This document shows, piece after piece, positions 26,828 to 38,800 of a DNA stretch of 64,000 nucleotides (its first letter is position 1; every line of letters begins with the position of its first letter). The translations under genes and the position numbers were made by a program. The notes under the pieces are model-generated. The model had not been told where the DNA came from. It saw only the letters and a program-made list of their open reading frames with translations, and made no database searches. The stretch comes from Azolla caroliniana (taxonomy: Eukaryota > Plantae > Polypodiophyta), in the NCBI GenBank assembly GCA_043228905.1, contig JBHGNT010000009.1, positions 2,666,001 to 2,730,000 of the forward strand. The letters run 5' to 3'.

Positions 26828-29800
26828 TGGTATCAGAGCGACTTGGTAGCTCGATCTAGCCCATCCGCGTGCGTTGTGTCCTACGCCGACGACCAAGAAC
26901 CAGCCCATCGCTATCGTAGCTTCGCTACATAGCTCGCATTCGAAGAGAGAAGAAGAAGAAGAAGAAGAATCGACATAATGAATACTCAAATGGGGAGCGC
27001 TCTTCTTACCGAGAAGTTGGATCGAAACAACTTCGCATCTTGGGAGTACAAGATGCACCAATACCTTGTCGGACAAGGCAATTGGAGCTACATCAAAGGA
27101 GCGCACGAAGACCGACCCATCGAAACGGCTCTCGGATATGCGACATGGGAGCAAGCCGCAAGCCGCGTTATGTATTGCTTGGCGACATGTGTTCACAATC
27201 ACATGCTCGGCTACATTCGCGAAGCCAAGACACCGAAGGAGGCATGGGAAAATCTACGAAAGATTTTCGTGGCGAACACAACCGCAAGAAGACTTCAACT
27301 TTGCCAAGAGTTGAACAACATTCAACAAAGGGACATGTCCATCACGACATACACCTTGAAGATCAAGGAGCTTTGCGACTCGCTCGGCTCGATAAGCGTA
27401 AATATCAATGATGATGAGATGGCGCAAATATGCCTCGACGGCCTCGCACCACGGTTCGGCGTGATGCGAACCACCGTTCTAGCAAGGGAGAAATCTCCCT
27501 CCTTCTTCGAGCTCCAATCAATGCTATTGGTCGAAGAAAACCACGTGCGTACAAGGAGCAATGAGTCAGAAGGCCACATGCTCTACACGCACTCGAATGG
27601 AGGAAGAGGACGCGGACGAGCGAGAGGCCGATTCGGCCAAGGACAAGGCGGACGAGGTCCGACCTACGACAACAACTCCCAATTTCGGCCGCAAAACAGA
27701 AGCCAATGAGGAACCTTCGCAAGAAGGGGGAGCTTCCACTCCGGCCGAGCTGTCAAAACGCAACCGAATGCGGATATTGCGGAAAGCTCGGCCACCACGA
27801 AGAAGAGTGCCGAAAGAAGATGCGCGAATCGGCTTCCACAAGCCGACAACTAACGAATTACACGCACAATTCCGACTACGAAGAGTATAGTGGAATGTAC
27901 GGGCACAACTCCGACTACGAAGATCGTGGCAGAATGTATGCACACAACTCCAACCGTGGCAGAATATTCATGATGAAACATAGAGCAAACTCTATGTCGG
28001 CCTCTACCTCAACTAGTGCCCTCAATCCGGAGGACGTATGGTTTGTTGATTCTGGAGCCTCAAACCATATGACATCTCATAAAGAATGGTTTCTCGAACT
28101 TCGAGAGCCGGAGCGACCCGGTTATGTCGAAACTGGAGATGACACTACGCACCCGATTCGGCACATCGGCAATGTTCCGTTCGGCGAAAGAGATAAGCAA
28201 ACATACATTAAAAATGTCATGCATGTTCCCACCATCACGAAGAATTTGGTCTCGGTCGGCCAAATGGTTGAGCAAGGGATGCAAGTATGATTCGACCAAG
28301 AAGGGTGCTTCATCAAAAAAGAGGGCCGAATCATCGCGCGCGGAAGAAGAGAGGGTTAGATGTTCATTCTCAATTCACATGAGATGAAATCCGCCATGTT
28401 CGCAAAAAGCACGAAAGCCGACTTCGACATAGAGCTATGGCACAAGAGAATTGGCCACAACAATCTCAACAAACTCAAAGCAATGAAATCGAAAGGAGTC
28501 GTCATCGAACTCCCGACATTCAAAGAGAAGGAGATTGAAGGTGTATGCGAAGCGTGCCAATTCAGCAAGCAACACTGACACCCATTCCCAAAAGAGCGGA
28601 ACATGAGCAAAGGTCTACTCGACGTAGTCTATTCCGACGTATGGGGATCGACGCAAACGACTACATTCGGCGGATGCCGATATTACGTGCTCTTCATCGA
28701 CGACTTCTCCATGCACACGTGGGTCTATCCGATGCGGCAAAAGAGCGAAGTGTTCGGACACTTCCAAAGGTTTAAAAACGAAGTAAAAAAAGCCACTGGT
28801 CGTCATATACGATGCCTTCGATCAGATGGCGGCAAGGAGTACTTCTCAGACGATTTCACGGTGTATCTCCGAAAGGAAAGAATTTGGCGAGAATTCACTT
28901 GCCGACACACTCTGCAACAAAACGGAGTAGCCGAGTGCAAAAATCGGCACATCCTCGAAGTAGCGCGGGCCATGATGAATGAGAAGCATATGCCCAAGTC
29001 ATATTGGGCCGAAGCTGCAAATACGACCGTCTACGTAATGAACCAGTGCACAACATCCAAAGTGCACGAGGTCACTCCACACGAAAAATATTTCGGAAAG
29101 AAGCCGGACTTATTGCACACCCTGATATTCGGCGTGATAGCATACATGCACATACTCGACGAAAAGCAGCAAAAGCTAGATCCAAAGTCGGAGAAATGTA
29201 TCCTCGTAGGATACTCACTCGAACAAAAAGGGTACAAATGCTACAACCCATCTACCCGAAAAGTTCGAGTAAGTCAAGACGTCGTGTTCGATGAATCCGC
29301 ATCCTGGTACGCACCCGAGAAGATTCTGACTTCGACCCTAATCGACATAGAACCGGCCGAACAAGAGCGAGAAGGTGGAGATCGCCTCGAAGACATGTTC
29401 GAAGATAGCCTGATTACCACAAGGCTAAGTGGGCCACAAGAGCCCCCGAGCGATCAAAGTACATCACGGCCTAGCCCGAAGATTGACAAAGGCAAGGCGA
29501 AAATGTCGGAATACGAAGACGATCGCTTCGATGACGATGAGTCGACTCACTCACTCGACAGTGAGTTCGGCGGCTCGAACAAAAGGGGTACAAATGCTAC
29601 AACCCATCTACCCGAAAAGTTCGAGTAAGTCGAGACGTCGTGTTCGACGAATCCGCATCCTGGTACGCACCAAAGAAGATTCCGACTTCGACCCCGATCG
29701 ACGCGGAACCGGTCGAACAAGAGCGAGAAGGTGGAGATCGCCTCGAAGACATGTTCGAAGATAACCTGATTACCACAAAGCTAAGTGGGCCACAAGAGCC

Positions 29801-31859
29801 CCCGAGCGATCAAAGCACATCACAGCCTAGCCCGAAGATGGACAAAGGCAAGGCGAAAATGTTGGAATACGAAGACGATCGCTTCGACGACGATGAGTTG
29901 ACTCACTCACTCGATAGTGAGTTTGGCGGCTTCGATGTACCAATCGGAGCTAAGAAAGCCCTCATCTCTGCAAATGAAAAGCTCTGTCGCTCCACCCGTG
30001 AAAAGAATCCAGTCAACCGATTCGGCTACAACGGCTACATGGCATATCACTATGCCTTTATGATGAAGGTGGCAACAGTACGCGAGCCGGAAACCTTTTC
30101 CGAAGCAGCCAAGGATCCGCGATGGATCGAAGCCATGAACGAGGAGATGCAGGCACTACGCAAGAACGAGACGTGGGATCTCGTTCCCACCTCACCACAC
30201 AAAAAGGCGATCGAATGCATATGGATTTACAAAGTGAAGTACAACGTCGACAGTTCCGTCAACCGCTACAAAGCGCGACTCGTAGCGAAAGGCTATGCAC
30301 AAATGCACGGAGTTGACTACGAAGAGACCTTTGCCCCAGTGGCAAAGATGACGATGGTACAGACCGTAATGGCGCTTGCCGCGGAGAAAGGGTGGCACCT
30401 CCATCAAATGGATGTCAAGAACGCCTTTCTACAAGGTGAATTAGAAGAGGAGGTGTACATGATACAACCACCCAACTTCAACTCGAGTACCCATCCGAAA
30501 GTTGTTTGCCAACTCAAGAAGCCACTCTACGGCCTTAAGCAAGCATTGCGTGCTTGGCATTCGAAGATAACGCAATATCTTCATCAAATCGGCTTCCGTA
30601 TGTCAAAATTAGACAACTCCCTCTACATACGAAGCGATTCCGCAAGTCCGATCGTCATCATCTTATATGTGGATGACCTAGTCATTGGAGGTGAGGATCT
30701 CGTCGAAATCAACAAAGTCAAATCCCTCATTTCCGATAAGTTTTGAGATGACGGACATGAAGGAGCTCCACTACTTCCTCGGCATCGACGTAATTCGGAC
30801 TCCGGCCGGAATCATGATCTCTCAACGGCACTACATCCTCAACTTGTTATACAAGTTCGGTATGGCTAAGTGCAAATCCGCGGCAACCCCGCTCGATCGC
30901 AATCTCAAACTAGATGCAAACTCCGGCACCAAAGCGTGTGAGCCGACTTAGTATCGACAACTCATCGGGAGTCTCATCTACCTCACAATCACTCGACCCG
31001 ATCTCAGTTATCCGGTTGGTCTCCTTAGTCAATTCATGCAAACACCACGTGATACTCACTTGGATTGCGCTAAGAGAGTTCTACGATATGTGAGTGGCAC
31101 AATGGATTGCGGCATCCTCTACAAGACCACGATGCCAATACGACTCGAGGGGTACACAGACGCCGATTGGGCCGGCTACAAAGCCGATAGAAGATCAACC
31201 TCTGGATTTGTTTTATCCCTCGGCAGCGGAGCAATATCTTGGAGCAGTAAAAAGCAACCAACCGTTGCTCTTTCGAGCACAGAGGCGGAATACAGGGGCG
31301 CGACAATGGCCGCATGTGAAGTCGTATGGCTCAAAAGGATACTCAAGGATCTGGGCGTACCCATCAAGGATCCGACTGCCCTTTATTGTGACAACATGAG
31401 CAGTATCTATCTGGCTCGGAACCCGGTGTTCCACGCGCGGACAAAGCACATCGAAGTGCACTATCACTTCATCCGAGAGCGTGTTCTAGCTGGCGATGTC
31501 GACCTACAACACATTAGCACCAATCTCCAAACGACCAACATCTTCACTAAAGCCTTAGGAGCCAACAAGCTATGGCAATTCATGACCGATCTCGGATTGA
31601 CGATCCCTGACCTGCCAAGCTTGAGGGGGAGTACTGAAGACACTACACAATAACGCATGGATTTCACAACCGCGCAACGAAGCTGTGAAGAGCCGATCTA
31701 CCGCGCAAAGCCGCGAAGAAAGACGCAAGTCGAAGCACAAACTTCGCAACTACGCACAACGCAAGCTGGAGCATGGATTCTGCAACTCTGCATAAATGCG
31801 AGTCGACGCGGATTTCGGATACCGTCTGAAACCGACCCGACTTGAGCTTGAGGGGGGTG

Positions 31860-32254
31860 TGTTGAGAATCAAGCTCAACTTGGTCTAGTGTGTGAACTCA
31901 CCTTGAGAGTGAAGAGACACTCCAATGGTCAAGAATCACCATTATGTCACCACTTTGGTATTCTAGCATTTAGGTATGAGTCATAGAATCATATTCTATG
32001 ACACATAACTTATGAGCTTTCACATTCCCCATGCTCCACGAGTCTTGTAGTTAATGAAGAGAGAGGGTGACTATATAAAGCACCCTCCTCCCACCTTGTA
32101 TAATGTTGAGTCTTTCTCCTTTGTTAATATACTTTACCTTGCGTATTCTCTGTGTCTTACTCCTTGTCTCTCTCACACACACACTCTCTCTCTCATACAC
32201 ACACACAATTCGTATCTATTCCGCTGCACAAAATCCATCTCTTAATTCTTTACA
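31860..32254 (+). repeat. Copia 3' LTR
   Basis: Direct repeat of 26437-26827. Confidence 0.95.
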
Positions 32255-32332
32255 ACAACACCGTTGCATGAACTGAACTGAACTGATCGAGATCGGTGTC
32301 AACTCTCCCGGAACTAGATGCCCCATTACGAC

Positions 32333-32744
32333 TAACAATCGGCAACAATTCGGTTTGAACCGAACCGAACCACGAAACCACGACGTAAGGGCTTAACGGT
32401 TTCAATGGTTTAGTTTGGCTTGGTTTAGGTTTAGGTTTTTAAAAACGGTTCGGTTTGGTTTCAACCGAGGTTTAAACGGTTTAACGGTTATTTTTTTAAA
32501 TTTTAAAAATTTGCTTTTAAACAATCTTTTCATTTTTAGACCTTATTCTCACATTTTAGGAACATCTTTAAAAATTTAAAATAATGAAATATTATAAAAA
32601 TAAAAATAAAAAATTGACCTAAGCTGAATGAAACCGAACCACGAAACCGCGGTCGGTGTTAACGGTTTCTTGGTTCGGTTCGTTTAAGGTTTCAAAAAAT
32701 TTAAACGGTTCGGTTTTGAACCTCTCAAACCGAACCGATTGTTA
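32333..32744. mobile_element. non-autonomous hAT-type MITE (412 bp)
   Basis: Perfect 10-bp TIR TAACAATCGG / CCGATTGTTA; perfect 8-bp TSD ATTACGAC (32325-32332, 32745-32752); AACCG/CGGTT subterminal motifs. Confidence 0.9.
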
Positions 32745-32845
32745 ATTACGACTGACGAGTGAGTGAGTGACAATATGTACAAGAGATCAATTCGCACCAT
32801 TGTGCGTCTCTGCGGGAATGTTTCTTTGACAGCGTCCTTTCTGTC

Positions 32846-35800
32846 ATGGCGATGGAGGTAGAGAGCGCCTCCCTGTGTAACGTTGTTATCAAGTACTTGC
32901 TGGATCAACAATACCTCCTCACTGCCTTTGAGCTAATGCACGAGCTTATCGAAGATGGTCACTCAGATCGTGCTACTCGCCTTCAGCAACTCTTCTCTGA
33001 CACAGAGGTTTATCCTCCTGAAGAGATCCTTCGCCTCCAAAATCTTCAAGGTAACCTCTTGTCGATCTGTTTCACACCCTATATTCTGTGGATGTATTGG
33101 AAATTTTGCAAGTTTCTTTGAATCGTTAGACTTGTGATAAAGCTTGTTGAGATAGAAAGAAATTGGTCGATGTGGTTTAAAACACTGAAATTCTGTGGAG
33201 CTTTTGGGATGCGAGTTCCTTACGTGTATTTTCTTTTCACTCGATGAGATACAAAAATACTTACTTAACCTTCAAGCTAAATATGTCGATCTGCATAACA
33301 CACTAAATACTGTGTATTGTTTCGTGGAAATGCAAGTTTTTTGGTGTCTTCATTGCTGACATAGAAACAACTTGAAGTTTATAGCTGCTTGATGCACCTA
33401 GTTTCCATATTGTTACTGGATGCTAGTAGATCTGTTTGTTTAACGCACCAAAATTTTGTTTGTTTTTGGGATATTTGTATAAATTTTGAAATGTAAGTTT
33501 TTTGGTGTCTACATTGCTGACATAGAAACAGCTTGAAGTTTATAGCTGCCTGATACACCAAGTTTCCACATTGTTACTGGATGCTAGTAGATCTGTTTGT
33601 TTAATGCACTAAAATTTTGTTGTTTTTGGAATATCTGTATAAATTTTGAAATTGAAAGAATTTTGTTAACTTAATGTAATAAGTTTGTGAATCAGCACAC
33701 TATATTCTGATTCTTTTCGGAAAATTGCCATATTTTATTCTCCTCTTGTGAATTTTGAAAATAAGTTCGTGAGGTTAATTTAATAGACATGGGAAGTACA
33801 TCAAATGTGCTGGTGTTTCTGGAAATTCACAAGCATGTTTGGTCTCTTTTCTTATAACAGGGGCAGGCTTAAGATTTTGCAGAGAATTTTTATTTTAATT
33901 TAATATTTGATTTGTAGATCTCAATGGTGCACTAAATACTGCTGTTTTTGAAACTGTAAGAATTTTTTCTCTTTTTTCTCATGACAAGGGTAAAATTCTT
34001 CAAATAGAAAGGAGAATTGTTAACTTAGTTTCATCTCTCCACAGTAAACTAGTAGATCTGTGTGATACACTAAATTTTGTGTATCGTTGGAATCTTGAAA
34101 GTTTTTTTTGGTGGTAAAAGTAAACTTGTTGAGATGGAAAGAGCTCTTAATTTAATCTTCATAGTAAATTTGTAACCTAGTGTTGCAGATTTGGGGGAAT
34201 TTGTAAGCTTTTCCTGACTTTCATTATTATAAGGACCAGGGGCAGACTTGTTGATAGAAATCTTTCTACAGAGATCTATTAATTTTTTGTAATTTCCAAG
34301 GTAGGAGGTAGAGCTGTCTGACTCTTTGGATTTTTGCAAGTTTATTGGTCTCTTTTTCTTATTACGAAGGCAGGCTATGTCATGTTCACTTGGGATATCT
34401 GTCGATTTTGAGATAGAAAGAACTCTGCTGAAATCTATTAGTTTAATTTTATGCAAGGTACATAAATTATAGAGTTGTATGACACATCAAATGCTGTGGA
34501 TTTTGGAAAGTTTCATGTTTGTTTTTGGTCTCTGTTCTTATGACAAGAGTAAGCAATGTGTGTTCTCGTTGAATCTAGTTCCTTGTTGAATTGTCTCTTT
34601 TCTCGAGATAAAGTATGGGTACATTGCGTTCCCAATAACCATCTTATTTCCAGTTGAGATAAAAAGCTGAATTTTATGCATTGTGATAAGAGTAAGATAT
34701 ATGTGTTCACTTGGAATCTGGTTCCTTGTTGAAATTTGTTGTTAATTTTCTCACTTTTCTTATCAACAAAGCAAGTTTACTAATGGGAAAATCCAACTGC
34801 CGAATAATTTACTGATGTGTGCTTATAATATGTGTATTCTAAGATGTTGACCTTCTGGAGTAATTGTGTATGGATACACTGCATTTTCTGATTCTTGTGG
34901 ATGTGCACCTCTGACAATAGAATATAGAGTATGTATTGGCTATGTTTGTCCTTGTAAAGAAACAAGTTTTAGAACCATTCTGATGTTTTATAGAAAATGC
35001 CTTCTAAAGTTTTTCCTTCTCTAAATTTAGATGAAGAAACCATAGCACCACATTTATCTCGACAAATTCTTCTTGTAAAAACGTTACTTTTTTTCCCCAT
35101 TTCTCTTTTTATTAATGGCTATCTATGGCAATGCGTCTTATAGTTGCAAATCCTCAAAGAGTAGTTGAAGAACGGGATGCTGCAGAAGAGAAAGCAACCA
35201 TTTTGGAGTATGAACTTCGATTGGCAAAAAATGATATTAACAGGTTGCAAGAGAAGTTGGAGCGGCATACAACTGCAATTTCTACACCATATTCTAGCAG
35301 TAATGCATTTTTTCTTAGTACACTGCTCATTTCTATACTTAGATTTATTGTTAAAAGTGTAAAAAGGCCCATGGGATTTTATCTCAAAACTAAAATGGTG
35401 GAAGAGGCTGTCTAACTTCAAACATATGCTTCTTTTTTATCATAATGTGATATAAATGTTTATCTATATGAAAAAACAAGAACGGGATGCACAATTAAGG
35501 AGGCGGAGGTGACATATGAAGAAGTTTGTATGTGACAGTTATAGAATGGGATTTTGAAGAGAGATTCATTGGGGTAGGAAGTGTGATATAGAATGAGTTG
35601 ATACAAACTGAAGAGTATTATTCATTGGATCAAAGTAGAAAAATTGCATCTTAGTAGTTTTTACAAAATATGGCAGTACCCTACTCGAATTTTACCTTTC
35701 TTTTGTTTAGAAGGTAAAAATAGTAGTTTTTTCCACACTTCTGTGTAGTGTGCAGCAGAGGGTATATTATTGGTCTTCAAATTTCAATGGCTAACTATGA

Positions 35801-38800
35801 CATTTCTCTCATTAGACTTGCATTGGGTCTAGAATTGCATCAGCCACTTCGTAATGTATTGGATTAATTTATCTGTGTTTATGTTAATGTAAATGTGGAT
35901 TATTTTATATGGCAGTACAATTTTATACTACTATACCTTAACATCTGTATAAATGTTTTTATACATAGCATGCTTGCACTACAAAGTTCAATCATTTTTT
36001 ATTGATATTTGCAGTTGATGATAGCAAGTCTTTTGAAATCAACAAGGAAGGTGTACTACAAGCTACTATGAGCAAATCAGAGACTGCCATGAGTCCGTTG
36101 CTCGATCCAATTCACGAAAGTGAAAGAAGAGCGTTGGATTGGGCAGTTAAGGAATATCTTCTTGCTGCAGGATATAAACTGACAGCTATGACTTTTTATG
36201 AAGAGGTGAAAATCTTTGAATTGTGTGATTAGATGCTGGCAAATCTATATTTTGGCAGTTTAAAATTTGGTGAAGATGCGCTAATTACATATATCTGCAG
36301 GTTGATCAAGATCTTGATGCAGCACAGGCTGGCTTGATGCATGCTCCTGATGCATTACGACGCTATTATCAACAATTTCTGGCAGCCTCTCCAGAAGAAA
36401 TTGAGGTGAGCTTTTACGTACCATCTAAGGAAGCAGATAATTTCATTTATCAATCCAGATTTGGAATAGTAAAAGAAGTTTTCATCTTGAACATCTGCTC
36501 TTCATTGAACTTTGTCATATATTGCATATATTTCTATAATAACTCTATGGCTTTCATCTTTTCTGTAAAACTTAAAAATAATCTGAAGTTAGAGATAACC
36601 ATGCTGGAGACGTAATGATGTTTGGTACAAAGATGACCCAAATTTGGGACCATCTCTAGTAATTTTGATGCCAGAGGGTTTCTTGCTTAGGTGCCAGCAT
36701 TGATATCACTATGTTAGCTTTGATTTAAAATAATAGGTAGTTCTATAGTGTAGAGTCTAGAGGTATCATTCTAAGCCAGTTTTATCAAAAGATAAGATTA
36801 GAGAAGCTATGTACATCCTGGCTCACATTTTATTTGGATATCATATCCTACAACTTTTCCTTAGATTCTGATGTCTCTGATAAGAGCACCTGGTCTAGAT
36901 ACTTGAGCGACAAGATCTCAGACAATTACAGAGACCATAGTAAGCCGATTATTTTTTTATTTGCCACCATACACCATCCGGTACGAGAGATATGACTAAA
37001 TCATGGAAATAACAACAAAAAATATGCATAATCTCATTATAGTTCCATTTCCTTAACAATTAAGATATTATACCTTCGATATCTTGATAGTTTTTTCGGA
37101 AATCCAAAATTTCTCTCCTGATGTTTTCAGTTTTTTTACTGAAAACTTTAGAATGTTTTGTAGAAAGAAAGCAAATTGTGAAAAATAAAAACAAAAGTAT
37201 ATATTATAATGGAAATAATGTGGCAATAAATATAGCATTGGCGAGAACAATCAAGTGACCTACATACATACAACATACTGAAAGTATAATATGGAGTTTG
37301 TTTACATTGTTAGTTTTCTTTAATACATTTCACTATCTAGTATCCATAATTTTATGAAAATAGGATAGGTAGCCAACTTGCAACTTTGGTTTTTGTCTAT
37401 AATGTAGGTATAATTTTTGACGAAATTGATTGAAAGCTTAAATAATGGTTCTTAAAAAAAATTCCAATTTGTTCACAAAAAGCATCTTTAAACTTGCAGA
37501 AGTGAAATGTGAGGTCGAATACTCGATCTCATCTTCATGGGCCTTTTTTGTCTACTGCTGTATATAAGAGTTTATTTGTATTTGGATATTGAATATCAGG
37601 CTTTTGTCTTTCAGGAGAAGAAAATGTTACAAGAAGAAAGAAAAAAGCTCCTTAAGGAGAATGAACTTCTTATGAAGAGTAAAGATGCTCTTGAAAAAGA
37701 GATTCTTTTGCTGAAGAAGTCTTTAGAAGCTAGTCTGAAAGACTCAAAAGAGAAGGAAAAAAAGGTAACATGATGCTACTCTAATATATCAAAGATTAGG
37801 CTCTATTGATTCTAATGGATGTATGTGGATTGCTATGTTGCAGATAAGTGACTTGAAGCAGTCTGTAGATTTATGTTTAAAAGATATAAATGGGTACAGG
37901 ATGGAAACAACATCTCTTAAGCTTGAGTTGGAATCTTTGAGAGCTAATGGATTACATAATGGCTTCTCTAAAGCGGAGAGTCAACCATCTACAACTCATC
38001 AGGGCATTGATGTATCCAGGGCTGATGTGTCTCAATTTGATCCATCTTTTAAGGAAGATGACAAGGAAGAGAGTCAACCATCTATAGTTCATGAAAGGAT
38101 AGATGGATACAGAACGGAAGTAGAGTCACAGCTTGACTCTAGTATTAAGTCTGGTAAGGATGCACATCAACAAGAGAATGAAATTGTTGAGGTTTCTGTG
38201 GCAAGAGATAGTCAGAACGATCTAAAAGGCAGTCTTGTTTCTGAGCTTGATAATTCTACGAAAGAGAAATTGAATGTAGTGGAGATGCCAACAACAGAGA
38301 ATGATCATGAGGATACTAAAAACATAGGTTATGAGAATTGTGACGATCATGAAGGAGATCAAGATGCAGTAATTGATAGCTCGGTAATAATGAGTTGAAT
38401 ATGTTCTTAATTTTGCTGCATGAATCATCCTAAATCTATGTCACCTTTTTCAATCTGTCACCAGATATTTCAGAAACATGAAATAAAAACAGTGGAAATA
38501 CTTGCGGATGCTTTGCCTAAGATAGTTCCATATGTTCTCATTAACCATAGAGAGGTCAGATTATCAAGTTGGGATATTCATACTTGCTGAATGTGTTTTC
38601 TACACTTTTTAAGTAATAATACAGTTTTGTATTTCTTTTTCCAGGAACTTCTACCGCTTATGATGTGTGCTATCGAGAGACATCCTGATGGCAATGTCCG
38701 CGACTTGCTTACACACACTTTATTCAATCTCATCAAAAGGCCAGATGAGAATCAAAGGAGAATAATTATGGATGTAAAATATCTTATTATTGATCATAGT

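Larger units (their letters stand above)
26437..32254 (+). mobile_element. full-length, pseudogenised Ty1/Copia LTR retrotransposon
   Basis: TG..CA LTRs at 26437-26827 and 31860-32254; PBS TGGTATCAGAGC (26828, tRNA-iMet); PPT before 31860; TSD GCAAC/ACAAC (1 mismatch). Domain order gag, Zn knuckle (CGYCGKLGHHEEEC), protease (WFVDSGAS), integrase (SDVWG, RSDGGKEY), RT (LYVDD), RNase H (YTDADWAG); several stops and frameshifts. Confidence 0.97.

Noticed and set aside
27700-27780. programmed gag-pol frameshift or readthrough
   Set aside because: Plant Copia elements normally have a single ORF; the break is explained by CGA>TGA plus an indel in a decayed copy.
35478-35490. 13-bp match to RELCH exon 2 within intron 2
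   Set aside because: Too short to distinguish from chance.
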